From positions 256,001 through 320,000 of the forward strand of contig CBDBMJ010000001.1 in NCBI GenBank assembly GCA_965207455.1: a stretch of DNA of 64,000 nt, read 5' to 3'. The stretch is from Bdellovibrionota bacterium (GTDB lineage Bacteria > Bdellovibrionota > UBA1018 > CAIPTA01 > JAALKR01). The position numbers and the translations under genes are program-made. Positions 42,671 through 52,502 of this stretch are shown piece after piece (the stretch's first letter is position 1; every line of letters begins with the position of its first letter). The notes beneath the pieces are model-generated. The model saw nothing but the letters and a program-made list of their open reading frames with translations. It made no database searches and was not told the origin of the DNA.

Positions 42671-44160
42671 TGAGAATTTATATCCTTCTCTGTCTTATTC
42701 TTTCTGTGCCCGCATGGGCAGAAATGAAGCTTGTGGATCGTAGTGGAGGGAAAGGAAATTTTATTTATGAAAAGGATCCCACTTCTTTTATCACTACAGT
42801 TATAGTTAGCGTATCTGCAGGCAGTATGGGTGATACTAAGGGTAGGGAAGGATTAGCTAATCTAAGTTTTGAATCTCTTCTTCGTGGTACACGTAAGTTA
42901 GATCGAAAAGATTTCATTTTTGCCATAGAAGAATTGGGTGCTGATATTTCTGTGAATGTGGGCACCGATAAGGTTATTTTTACATTGAGTGCGATTAGCT
43001 CTAATGTACAGCAGGCAATTTCCCTATTAGGGGATATTTTTTTGGACCGTTTTCTTCGAAAAAATCGATTGAACGAGTTAAAAAAAGAAAAGATAGGTGC
43101 CTTGGGCAACACTAGATATGACTTGCGTAGCATGACAGATCTTGCTTTTAGACTTGCCCTATTTACAAACTCTGCACTGGCCCATCCCTCTGAAGGAACG
43201 ATAAATGGATTAAAATTTATTACACATAAGGAGGTCATATCCTTTCTAAATAAAAATATCGTTCAGCAAAAATTTTTATTTGCAGTTAGTTCTAACATTG
43301 AAAAGCCAAAGGTTAAGAGCTGGATTCAAAAATCATTTGGGAGGATGAAGGTGGGGAAAGGTGAAGGAACGGGACTTAGCTTGTTTCGAGTACAGCCTCA
43401 TATAGCTAAGCTATCTGGTCGTCATGTGGTTATCTTTCCTCAAAAAGAAGGAGGACTTACTCAAATATTTATAGGACACTCATCTGTACCTAGTACATTT
43501 AAGAATGCGCTTAGTTTAAGGGATGTGGGGTCTTTTTCTTTTGGAGGAGGTGCCTCTGGGAGATTGTTTACCGAGTTGCGTGTAAAAAAAGGTTGGACCT
43601 ATGGAGCTTATGCTAGTTTTCGTTTATTTGATCTGCCTCGTTATTATGGGAGTGTCTTTCAAATGTATACTTTTCCGAACAAGGAGTTTACACAAAAGGC
43701 TCTTTTTAAGACGATAGACTTATACGAGAACTATGTGAATAAAGGTATAACAAAGGAAGAAAAGAAATTTGCTATAAACTTCAGGTATAATTCCTATGCT
43801 TTTATTTTTGAAAAGGCAACCACACGAATTTTGAAAAGATTATACCAGGCCTTAGAGGGCGCACCGTTTTTGTCTGTAGAGGAGTATCGTGCTAAGCTCA
43901 AGGCTGTTAATATGAGCCGCCTAAATTCCATGATTAAGACAGGCACCTATGTTGTTGCTGGTAGTGGCAATAAAGAAGAGCGCAGAAAAATTCATGATCC
44001 CCATAATATGATTATAGCCTTGGGTGGAGATCTGAAATTGCTGGAACCGATAGCTAAGAAAATCCCTGGTGTGGTGAGCATTAAAATTATACGAAATCCT
44101 ATTCTTCAGGTGCCACCGGTAGTGGAAAATGTGGCAATACCTTTAAAGGTAAAAAAATAA
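42667..44160 (+). CDS. M16B peptidase non-catalytic partner subunit
   Basis: Paralog of 39590-41092; RLFTELRVKKGWTYGAY. Confidence 0.87.
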   Translation: MMRIYILLCLILSVPAWAEMKLVDRSGGKGNFIYEKDPTSFITTVIVSVSAGSMGDTKGREGLANLSFESLLRGTRKLDRKDFIFAIEELGADISVNVGTDKVIFTLSAISSNVQQAISLLGDIFLDRFLRKNRLNELKKEKIGALGNTRYDLRSMTDLAFRLALFTNSALAHPSEGTINGLKFITHKEVISFLNKNIVQQKFLFAVSSNIEKPKVKSWIQKSFGRMKVGKGEGTGLSLFRVQPHIAKLSGRHVVIFPQKEGGLTQIFIGHSSVPSTFKNALSLRDVGSFSFGGGASGRLFTELRVKKGWTYGAYASFRLFDLPRYYGSVFQMYTFPNKEFTQKALFKTIDLYENYVNKGITKEEKKFAINFRYNSYAFIFEKATTRILKRLYQALEGAPFLSVEEYRAKLKAVNMSRLNSMIKTGTYVVAGSGNKEERRKIHDPHNMIIALGGDLKLLEPIAKKIPGVVSIKIIRNPILQVPPVVENVAIPLKVKK

Positions 44161-44166
44161 AGAAAT

Positions 44167-44673
44167 TTAATTCTTCTGGATTTCAAAAAGTGCTTTTGTG
44201 AGTGTGGACTCCACTTCTTTTTCTGTTTTGCTGTTAGCAATAGAGATTTCTTTTACTAAAAGGCTTTTTGCTGTATCCAACATTTTTTTCTCACCAAAGC
44301 TGAGATCTTTGGAGTTTTTTAAGAGAAAAAGATTGCGAAGAACTTCTGCAATTTCCACCACGGATCCTGTTTTAATTTTATCCATGTACTCCCGGTAGCG
44401 TCGGTTCCATGTGGTGCGATCAATTTTCACATCCTTTTGAGCAAGCACTTCAAATACTGCGTCCACATCTTTTTCTGCAGCTAAGGCACGCAAGCCCACT
44501 CCAGATATATTATCTGTGGGAACCATAATGCTCATGCCGTTTTCCAGCACCTGGAGCACATAAAATTTTTTCTTTTTTCCAAAGATGTGCTTTTCTTCAA
44601 TGCGCTTAATTACGCCTACGCCGTGAGCGGGGTATACAACATTATCTCCTACTTTAAATTCTAGTGTTTCCAT
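44167..44673 (-). CDS. carD: CarD/CdnL-family RNA polymerase-binding transcription factor
   Basis: FKVGDNVVYPAHGVG, IMVP, WNRRYRE, LSFGEKKML. Confidence 0.94.
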   Translation of the reverse strand: METLEFKVGDNVVYPAHGVGVIKRIEEKHIFGKKKKFYVLQVLENGMSIMVPTDNISGVGLRALAAEKDVDAVFEVLAQKDVKIDRTTWNRRYREYMDKIKTGSVVEIAEVLRNLFLLKNSKDLSFGEKKMLDTAKSLLVKEISIANSKTEKEVESTLTKALFEIQKN

Positions 44674-44969
44674 ATTGAATCAGTACCTAACCTTTCAGTC
44701 CTCATGGTGTTTTTTCTAACCATAAATTAAGAGCAACGATGAACACTAACACGCGGCATTAGCCTTGTCAAGGGAATGAAGATGAAACTATAAAAATGCA
44801 GTGAAATGGCCTAAGAGAGAGGAATATTAACCGACAAAAATACTTTTATCCAGATATTTCCCCAAAGAACTTCCTACTAGCTTTAGATTTTTGAGAATCT
44901 GGGATTTCTATGGACTTTTTCTACAGCGATAGGGATAGAATTCAGTTAAACTGAAACTAGGTTTTTTGA

Positions 44970-46064
44970 ATGAAGTATCTTCAGTATGCCCTATATGTTG
45001 CGCTCCTTTGCGCAGGACTTCTATTTGCGGGTTGGAACTGGCTCGCCAGCTTGAAGGGAGAGGGAGCAAAGGAGATTATCCTCTTAGTCGAGCGGAGTGA
45101 TAATTTTAATCGTATTGCGGCCTCTCTGGATAAAGAGGGCTTAATCCATAGCGAACGCTCTTTTCGTTGGTATGTTCGTCTAAGGGGCGTTTCTCGAAGC
45201 CTCAAGCTAGGGGAGTATCAAGTTCGTTCCACTATGACTCTTGAGGAAGTGGTCAATACCCTAATCTCTGGAAAGTCTATTCTGTATAGGCTGGTGGTTC
45301 CAGAGGGGCATAATAAGTTTCAGATTGCTAGTCAAGTGGAGGAGAAAAAGCTGGGCAGTCGTAAGCGCTTTTTGGAACTTGTGGAATCTTCTGATTTTAT
45401 TCGGCAAATGCATCTTCCCAACCTAGAAGATGGTTTTTTGCCGTCCAGTTTAGAGGGGTATCTGTATCCCGATACCTATATGTTGAGCAAAGCCATGAAG
45501 GAAGAAGATATTATTCAGCAAATGGTTAAGCGTTTTAAAAATGTCTATCGTTCTTTAGCCAGTGATTTCTCCAATAGCGTGAGTGTGAAACGCAATAATC
45601 TTAAACCTCGTGATGTTATTACTCTTGCCAGTATGGTGGAAAAAGAAACGGGGGCAGGATTTGAACGCCCCCTGATTGCCAGTGTTTTTTATAACCGATT
45701 ACAAAAAAGAATGCGCCTAGAAAGCGATCCCACCACTATTTACGGTATGTGGGACAAAGACGGATTTTTTAAAGGAAATATTCGGCGTAAAAATCTTAGA
45801 GAGTCAACACCCTATAATACCTATACAGTTCCCCGTTTACCGAAAGGGCCTATTGCCAATCCTGGTAGGAATGCTATTCTTGCTGTTCTTTACCCTGCTA
45901 AAAATGATTATTTATTTTTTGTTTCTAAAAATGACGGAACCCATGTTTTTACTAAAAACTATAGGGAACATAAGAAAGCAGTGAACAGGCTCCAGAGAAG
46001 ACCACGAATGCGGAGAGGAAAGAGTTGGAGAAATTTACCTAAAAAACTTCGCGCAAAGAATTAA
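44970..46064 (+). CDS. mltG: Endolytic transglycosylase MltG (YceG family)
   Basis: LEGYLYPDTY, LASMVEKE, IASVFYNRL, L.SDPT, PYNTY...LP.GPIANPG. Confidence 0.95.
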   Translation: MKYLQYALYVALLCAGLLFAGWNWLASLKGEGAKEIILLVERSDNFNRIAASLDKEGLIHSERSFRWYVRLRGVSRSLKLGEYQVRSTMTLEEVVNTLISGKSILYRLVVPEGHNKFQIASQVEEKKLGSRKRFLELVESSDFIRQMHLPNLEDGFLPSSLEGYLYPDTYMLSKAMKEEDIIQQMVKRFKNVYRSLASDFSNSVSVKRNNLKPRDVITLASMVEKETGAGFERPLIASVFYNRLQKRMRLESDPTTIYGMWDKDGFFKGNIRRKNLRESTPYNTYTVPRLPKGPIANPGRNAILAVLYPAKNDYLFFVSKNDGTHVFTKNYREHKKAVNRLQRRPRMRRGKSWRNLPKKLRAKN

Positions 46065-46125
46065 TAAACGGAAAGTTTATTTAATTATGTGTTTTTTCCT
46101 GTTAGTTAAGTTGTATTATTTTTTC

Positions 46126-46152
46126 TAATGTTTATTACTCCCATTCCGAAAT
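46126..46152 (+). promoter_or_regulatory. Putative sigma28 (FliA) promoter of the flagellin gene
   Basis: TAATGTTT-N11-TCCGAAAT versus consensus TAAAGTTT-N11-GCCGATAA; correct spacing, upstream of flagellin. Confidence 0.65.
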
Positions 46153-46166
46153 AGAAAGTAACTGCA

Positions 46167-46290
46167 ATGGATGGCATGGTTCAAGGCAGTGATGGATTAT
46201 CTGAATGGATAATGTATCCGAACCAGGGTGAGCAAGGTGGCGAACTCTAAACGCTAGGGAAGGTTGGTGATAGATAAAAACAAGGAGGAG
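46167..46290 (+). promoter_or_regulatory. Flagellin leader with five ANGGA (CsrA-type) motifs
   Basis: ATGGA at 46167, 46192, 46205; AGGGA at 46256; AAGGA at 46282 overlapping the RBS. Confidence 0.55.
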
Positions 46291-46295
46291 TCTCA

Positions 46296-47132
46296 ATGGG
46301 ACTAAGAATAAATACAAACATTGCTGCGATAAAAGCGCAGCGGGCGTTAAAAGAATCCACGCATAATCAGGGGAAAGTCTTGGAAAAATTATCCAGTGGA
46401 TTGCGGATCAATCGATCTGGCGATGATGCTGCTGGACTGGCAATATCAGAAAAACTAAAGGCAAATATTCGTAGTTTAGTGCAAGCTAGGCGGAATGCGA
46501 ATGACGGTATATCATTGATACAAACCGCAGAGGGTGGTTTGACTGAGGTGAGTAATATTTTAATTCGATTAAGAGAATTAAGTGTGCAATCTGCCTCAGA
46601 TACAATCGGAAATGAAGAGCGTCGTTATACTAATTTAGAGTTTCAAGCTCTAAAGGATGAAGTTAGTCGTATAGCAGATGTTACAAGTTTCAATGGCGTA
46701 CCACTATTGAATGGGAGTTTAGATAGTCCCATTGAAATTCAAGTGGGTGTTGGTAATAATAAAATCAATGATAGGTTGCAGTATAGGGTTTCCGAACAAA
46801 CGGCAACAGCAGAAAATCTGGGTATATCTGGATTGGATGTTTTAACTAAAGGTGAAGCACAAGGGGGTCTTGTGACTTTAGATGAAGCGATTCAGAAAGT
46901 TAGTGGACAACGGGCTAACCTGGGAGCATTGCAGAATCGTTTGGGAACCACAATTTCCAATCTATCTGTTCAGAGAGAGAACCTTATTGCAGCTAAATCG
47001 AGAATTTCTGATGCAGATTTTGCGGCTCAGAGTTCTGAATTAACAAAACAAAGCATTTTAAATCAAGCGGGTGTTTCTGTTCTATTGCAGGCGAATAGTA
47101 GTCAGCGTAATGCTTTAAAACTAATCTCGTAA
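46296..47132 (+). CDS. fliC: Flagellin (short, 278 aa)
   Basis: RINTN, LSSGLRIN...DDAAGLAISE, RANLGALQNRL, SRI.DAD.A. Confidence 0.96.
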   Translation: MGLRINTNIAAIKAQRALKESTHNQGKVLEKLSSGLRINRSGDDAAGLAISEKLKANIRSLVQARRNANDGISLIQTAEGGLTEVSNILIRLRELSVQSASDTIGNEERRYTNLEFQALKDEVSRIADVTSFNGVPLLNGSLDSPIEIQVGVGNNKINDRLQYRVSEQTATAENLGISGLDVLTKGEAQGGLVTLDEAIQKVSGQRANLGALQNRLGTTISNLSVQRENLIAAKSRISDADFAAQSSELTKQSILNQAGVSVLLQANSSQRNALKLIS

Positions 47133-47153
47133 GCCAATAATTTCAGGCGTATG

Positions 47154-47190
47154 AAAAGTGGCTATCTGTTCTTTACGGGTAGTCACTTTT
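47154..47190 (+). terminator. Intrinsic terminator after flagellin
   Basis: AAAAGTGGCTATCTG / CGGGTAGTCACTTTT stem with G-U pairs, ending in a T run. Confidence 0.7.
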
Positions 47191-47368
47191 ATTACTTTAT
47201 TTTACGGATCTACCGTAACTGATTTGTAAATTACTGTTATCAAAGGTATTTCTAATTTTTTTGCAATTTGACTCAAGAGATTTTTTGGATTTTATATATT
47301 TACTTGATAAAAATAATAATGTATGATATTGCGTTGGATTGAAGAATTGAGAAAAGAAAGGGGAAAAA

Positions 47369-48961
47369 ATGACATCAAAACAGCTTTCCATACTATCTGC
47401 TCTACTGTTGGTAGGGCTTATTTTTAGTTTTTCTGAAAGCGCAGAGGCAAAAAAAATAGTATTTAAAGGAAATGCTCGCAATAAAGATAAGCAAGCAGCT
47501 CTTCTAAATGGAACTAGTCAGATAAAAATAAAACATGCAGCTGAATACTATTATGAAAAAATAATTAAACTTGCTTCTGCATTTTATCGTTATCCTAATG
47601 CATTAATAAAATCCATTTATTTTCAGCGTAAAATTCGAAAAATAGTGAAAAATAATCCTGAATTTTTAGAAACGAATGATAATAATGCTAATAAAATTTT
47701 TAAAGAACTCCGCAGAACATTATTTGTAAATTTTAGAAAACCTTATAATCATTTTAAGAAAATCTATGAATCTGGAAAGATTACTGGAAACAACAAATAT
47801 ATTTCGATAGATTTATTTAAAGCAAGTGAACATGGAGGGAGTTTTTCATTGTATGGAAAGGTTGTTGAAGTAGATAAGGAAAAATTAGTTGTTTTAGTTC
47901 ATTTAAGTTATTTATTTTCTGCAAAAGATTTAATGAGTCTTGGTAAAATTACTAAGGATTTTAAGTATCGCGTACTTATAACAATGAAATCTACTGCGGA
48001 AAATATTTCCCGTATTTATGTGAGTAAGGAATCCAAAGAACATTTCCAATCTTATGATAATGCTCGAAAAGCTTTACGAGCTGGAAAGATTACTACTGGA
48101 GACAATAAATATATCACCATAGATGGGCTCAATGGTGAAAAGCTATATGGAGAAGTTATTGATAGAGATGGGGAGAGCTTGCTTATTTCAACGACTCTTA
48201 ATGAATATAACCCAAACTTTAAAAATAGCGCACTTATAAGATTGGAACTTACTGAAGAAAATATTTCTCGCATTAGATTGAGTAAAAAAACAAAACTTAT
48301 GCTCGAGCCTTATACTAAACTTCAGAAAATCTATAAGTCTGGAAAGGAGATTAACGGCATTATTGTCTCTTTTAACCTATCATTTTTTCCTTATACAGGA
48401 ATGTATAATTTTGGGAAGCTTTTTAAACTACCCAGTGGAAAGTTGAAATTAGTGACAATTTCTGGTCAGGAATTCCTACTGCATCCGGGACTTCTTAAAT
48501 TTAATATTTTTAGGTTTTCAGAGAGCAATGTATACAAAGATAAGCTATTTTTATTAGATAATTATTATGAAAGAGAGAAAACAGCAGGGTCCTACCTGTA
48601 CGGCTCTACTGATAACTTCCAAAAAGACTATGATGCTGGAACAGTAATTAAAACTAAAAATAAATCTAAAGAGTATGGAATTGATCCAGAACGAATGAAT
48701 AGAGTCTCTATTCAGCTAATAAATAAAGTGGAACCTTTTGATGTTGAACTTAAAATTCCACTACTACCTACTGAATTTAGAACTATGCTTCAGTTAACAG
48801 AGGATAATGGTTTTCGGCTTGCAGAAGTGGAGAAATTAGAAAATGGTACTTTGACAGTAAAACTGCATCATAGTAATGAAAGGGTGGAGTTTACCAAGGA
48901 AAATATTCATCTTATTTCTCGCCATGTTTGGCACCCAGATGTCTATATGATACAAGATTGA
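47369..48961 (+). CDS. Secreted hypothetical protein, AT-rich, with internal ~90-aa repeats
   Basis: Signal peptide ending AEA; repeats GKIT..NKYI.ID...LYG.V...D.E.L...T.ENISRI..SK..K. Confidence 0.75.
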   Translation: MTSKQLSILSALLLVGLIFSFSESAEAKKIVFKGNARNKDKQAALLNGTSQIKIKHAAEYYYEKIIKLASAFYRYPNALIKSIYFQRKIRKIVKNNPEFLETNDNNANKIFKELRRTLFVNFRKPYNHFKKIYESGKITGNNKYISIDLFKASEHGGSFSLYGKVVEVDKEKLVVLVHLSYLFSAKDLMSLGKITKDFKYRVLITMKSTAENISRIYVSKESKEHFQSYDNARKALRAGKITTGDNKYITIDGLNGEKLYGEVIDRDGESLLISTTLNEYNPNFKNSALIRLELTEENISRIRLSKKTKLMLEPYTKLQKIYKSGKEINGIIVSFNLSFFPYTGMYNFGKLFKLPSGKLKLVTISGQEFLLHPGLLKFNIFRFSESNVYKDKLFLLDNYYEREKTAGSYLYGSTDNFQKDYDAGTVIKTKNKSKEYGIDPERMNRVSIQLINKVEPFDVELKIPLLPTEFRTMLQLTEDNGFRLAEVEKLENGTLTVKLHHSNERVEFTKENIHLISRHVWHPDVYMIQD

Positions 48962-49007
48962 GCATGCAGGTTTTCTGCGACTAAATGGTTTTCTTTGATC
49001 TGTTGGT

Positions 49008-50069
49008 TTAGCTAGCTACCCCTTTTTTTTGGAAAAAAACCGTATGATTTTCTTGAGAGGGAAGTATGGATAGTATAACTTCTAGGTAGCAGGGCTCTAG
49101 TTCTTGTAGTTGACCCTTCCAGCGAATAAAATCTTTTTCCGTGGTTATAATTCTAGCGTTTAGGGATTGCATTTCTTTTTTTATCTTCCTTATATCCTTT
49201 GTTTTTAATCGGTAGTGATCGGGAAAGGAAAGGTGTTTTCTTATGGTCATGCCTTGCTTTTGAATCATTTTCACCACACTGTTGGGATTGCCCACGCCTG
49301 TAAGTAATAAAAGTGAGGCATCTATGTTTTTCATATCTATTGCTCTGCCCATGCTGTCTTTCCAAATTTTGTGTTGAAATTCAGCAAAGAAAAATGGAGG
49401 AGGGTGGTTGGGAGCGCTCTCCTTCCATGGAAAAGTTTGTGTATGGGGAGAGGTTAGGAGTTTTTCCACAATCTTAACTTGGTCTTGGAGTTTTTGAGGG
49501 GAAACCTCGTTGGTGCGGGTAAATACAATGGCGTCAGCTCGCTTGAGAGCCTCTAGGGGCTCTCGAAAAAGCCCTAGAGGAAGAAGGTGTGCTGGGGATA
49601 GGTTACGGGTGCTGTCTATGGTTACAACGTCGTGATCCCTCTTTACAGACCAGTGCTGAAAGGCATCGTCTAGGATAATTAGGCTGCAATCGAGCCTGGA
49701 CCAGTGTTTTTTTGCCATCTTTGCACGTTTAGCATGTACCAATAGGGTGCACTCCGGGAAATGGGACTTTATAAGGTGGGGTTCATCTCCCACTATGTGG
49801 GCTGAGGGAAGTGGTGCATGGGGAGGGACGATTACCATTTTTTTTTCTTTTCTCCCATAGCCTCGACTTAAAATGAGCGGTCTATGACCAGCCTTTAGAG
49901 CTTCTTTGATTAAATAACAAACTAGGGGAGTTTTTCCCGTTCCGCCAGCTAAGATATTTCCCACGCTGGTGACAGGAACGGGGAAATGTGTAATCGCATA
50001 GCATTTATTTTTATATAGGTATTTTCTGATCCATAGAAAGAAGGAGTATATTTTGGAGAGGATTAGCAT
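49008..50069 (-). CDS. lpxK: Tetraacyldisaccharide 4'-kinase (start trimmed to MLILSK)
   Basis: SVGNI..GGTGKTP, LSRGYG, GDEP, LDDAFQH, FPDH, TTEKD. Confidence 0.94.
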   Translation of the reverse strand: MLILSKIYSFFLWIRKYLYKNKCYAITHFPVPVTSVGNILAGGTGKTPLVCYLIKEALKAGHRPLILSRGYGRKEKKMVIVPPHAPLPSAHIVGDEPHLIKSHFPECTLLVHAKRAKMAKKHWSRLDCSLIILDDAFQHWSVKRDHDVVTIDSTRNLSPAHLLPLGLFREPLEALKRADAIVFTRTNEVSPQKLQDQVKIVEKLLTSPHTQTFPWKESAPNHPPPFFFAEFQHKIWKDSMGRAIDMKNIDASLLLLTGVGNPNSVVKMIQKQGMTIRKHLSFPDHYRLKTKDIRKIKKEMQSLNARIITTEKDFIRWKGQLQELEPCYLEVILSILPSQENHTVFFQKKGVAS

Positions 50070-51232
50070 TTTTGGTAAGGTAGAATATGCTCCACCACAT
50101 TGTTTATGGGAGAAGCATTTGTGGCTGTGGATAAAATAGTTCGGGTGGCTTGGAGGAAATTGACCTGTGCTTGCCAAGCCTGGGGATTTTCTAAAAGGTT
50201 TATTGCTTCACTTGTTATTTTTTTAGGGTTCATGTTGTTCTGTACTAATTCGGGCACAACGCACTTACCAGTTTCAAAGCCGCCGTTAATGAGATTGGCA
50301 AGAGCTAAGGGTTTATCGTAGTTGGTAATACAACGAATAAGAAATTCACTGATGGCACTGATTTGGTAGATCATAATCATGGGAGTTCCCACCACAGCAG
50401 CCTCTAGGGTTGCTGTGCCCGAGGCAATAATAGCGAGCTTAGAATGGAAAAGTACCTCGTGGGAAGGTATTTCTTTTATGGAAAGGCAGTTACTTAGTTG
50501 GGATAATTCCTTAGCGAGGGGGCCTTTGAGGGATAGTAAGTGCAGGGCTTGGGGATTTTTTCTTAGAGTGGGAGCCAGTGGGAGTACAAAATAGAGTTTG
50601 GGATTTTTTTTATAGAGTGCGAGGGCGGTTTTTAGCATGCTGGGAAGTAGGGAATTTAGTTCCATAAAGCGACTTCCCGGCAGTAGGGCAATTTGATTTT
50701 CCTTAGGGGTATAGGGAGCGTTGGGAATCTCTTCAATAATAGGGTTTCCCACATAGCTTACGTTTGAGTAGTGGGGAGCATTCTCCCTGTACCAGTCTTT
50801 TTCAAAAGGGAATATGCATAGTAGTTGGTCGATATATTTCGCTATTTTATGGATGCGGTTTTTTCTCCAAATCCAAACCTTTGGGGAGATATAGTATAGA
50901 ATGGGAAGATTTTGAGCTTTTAATCTGGGAGCGAGGCGCAGGTTAAAGTCAGGCATGTCACATAGGAGCGCAAGATCGGGTTTTTCTTTTTTCGCAAAAG
51001 ATTCCAGTTTATTTAGTATGGAAAAAGCTCGGGGGATTTTTCGTATGGATTCTGTGAATCCCACAACAGCCATATCTTCGGCCTGGGCAATGGTATGTAG
51101 GCCAAGCGCACGAAGGTGGCTTCCCCCCACACCAAAAATACTAAGCTCAGGAATTTTTATTTTGAGTTGCTTTATAATAAGAGAGAGGTGGAGGTCTGAA
51201 GACGCTTCTCCTGCAACAACTAAGAGTTTCAT
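50063..51232 (-). CDS. lpxB: Lipid-A-disaccharide synthase
   Basis: AGEAS.D, D.PDFN, YISP.VW.W, IFPFE, LLPGSR..E, SGTATLE. Confidence 0.95.
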   Translation of the reverse strand: MKLLVVAGEASSDLHLSLIIKQLKIKIPELSIFGVGGSHLRALGLHTIAQAEDMAVVGFTESIRKIPRAFSILNKLESFAKKEKPDLALLCDMPDFNLRLAPRLKAQNLPILYYISPKVWIWRKNRIHKIAKYIDQLLCIFPFEKDWYRENAPHYSNVSYVGNPIIEEIPNAPYTPKENQIALLPGSRFMELNSLLPSMLKTALALYKKNPKLYFVLPLAPTLRKNPQALHLLSLKGPLAKELSQLSNCLSIKEIPSHEVLFHSKLAIIASGTATLEAAVVGTPMIMIYQISAISEFLIRCITNYDKPLALANLINGGFETGKCVVPELVQNNMNPKKITSEAINLLENPQAWQAQVNFLQATRTILSTATNASPINNVVEHILPYQKC

Positions 51233-51234
51233 GT

Positions 51235-52008
51235 TTATTGAGCGATTCCATTTTTGCTATTACGAATGAAGTTCACAAAGTATTGCACGCTTGATTGATT
51301 GGGAAATTCTTTTTCTATTTGAGCTAGGGATTCCTTTTTTTCCTGGTTCGATTCAAAAAAAATCTTAAAAGATTTCATAATTTTTCGTATATCATCTTCT
51401 TTCATACCCGTTCGCTTTAGCCCTACAATATTCACACCTTTCATTTTCAGTCGGTTTCCATAAGCAGCACAGTAGGGTGCCAGGTCTCTATCCACGATAC
51501 TTCCCGCACCGATATAGGCGTGTTTTCCAATTCGTAAGAACTGGACAATGGTTACACAACCGCCCACTCGAACATAGTCCTCAAGAATGGTGTGACCAGC
51601 AATTTGTGTGGAGTTAGCCATAATTATATGATTGTGAACTTCCGCATCGTGGGCAACATGGCAATAGGCCATAAGTAGGCAGTTACTTCCAATTTTTGTA
51701 ATACCGCCACCGGCTTCTGTGCCACGATTTATGGTTGTGTATTCCCGGATTGAATTATTGCTTCCAATTTCCAATGTTGAGGGCTCTCCGTGGTATTTTA
51801 AATCCTGAGGTTTTCCGCCGATAATGCTAAAAGATCCAATTGTATTATTTTCAGCGATAGTTGTGCGCTCGTCTATAACTGCATGGGATTCCACAACCGT
51901 TCCTTTCCCTATCTTTACAAGGGGGTGAATGATGGCATAAGGACCCACTATTACACTGGAGTCCAGCTCAGCGGATTTATGGATAATCGCTGTTGGGTGA
52001 ATAGTCAT
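51235..52008 (-). CDS. lpxA: UDP-N-acetylglucosamine acyltransferase
   Basis: Hexapeptide repeats; PQDLKY.GE, IRE..TINRGT, MAY.HVAHD. Confidence 0.96.
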   Translation of the reverse strand: MTIHPTAIIHKSAELDSSVIVGPYAIIHPLVKIGKGTVVESHAVIDERTTIAENNTIGSFSIIGGKPQDLKYHGEPSTLEIGSNNSIREYTTINRGTEAGGGITKIGSNCLLMAYCHVAHDAEVHNHIIMANSTQIAGHTILEDYVRVGGCVTIVQFLRIGKHAYIGAGSIVDRDLAPYCAAYGNRLKMKGVNIVGLKRTGMKEDDIRKIMKSFKIFFESNQEKKESLAQIEKEFPNQSSVQYFVNFIRNSKNGIAQ

Positions 52009-52502
52009 AGTTTTTTTATCATTCCGGTTATGTCCGGTATAATTGCCATGAGTTTTGCTTCTGCTACTATTTTTTTATTCACAGTAGCCTTTGCTTCAGA
52101 AGATATAAATGAACCACGGTGGTTTATAGCCTTTGTGAAGACTTCCATGGTATCTCCGGGTTTCACCATGCCACGGAAACGGGCATTGTCAACGGCAACA
52201 AGTTTTACTAAGTTGTTTTTATCTAGCTTTATAAAAGGATATAAGCAGAAAATACTTATTTGGGCCATAGACTCAACCATAACCACACCTGGGGTGAGGG
52301 GAAAACCGGGAAAGTGTCCTTTAAATATGGGCATATCCTTATGAAAAGTATTTCTTCCGATGATGGTAGAACCCTGAAGACTATTCTCTTTCCTAAAATT
52401 TTCAGCGATATTGATTTCTACAATTTCATCCACAAAGAGGAATGGATCTCTATGTGGTAGGTATTGCAATACTTCTTCTTTTCCTAATGGACCATATTTC
52501 AT
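52005..52502 (-). CDS. fabZ: 3-hydroxyacyl-ACP dehydratase
   Basis: LPHRDPFLFVD, F.GHFPG.P..PGV...E.MAQ. Confidence 0.94.
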   Translation of the reverse strand: MKYGPLGKEEVLQYLPHRDPFLFVDEIVEINIAENFRKENSLQGSTIIGRNTFHKDMPIFKGHFPGFPLTPGVVMVESMAQISIFCLYPFIKLDKNNLVKLVAVDNARFRGMVKPGDTMEVFTKAINHRGSFISSEAKATVNKKIVAEAKLMAIIPDITGMIKKL

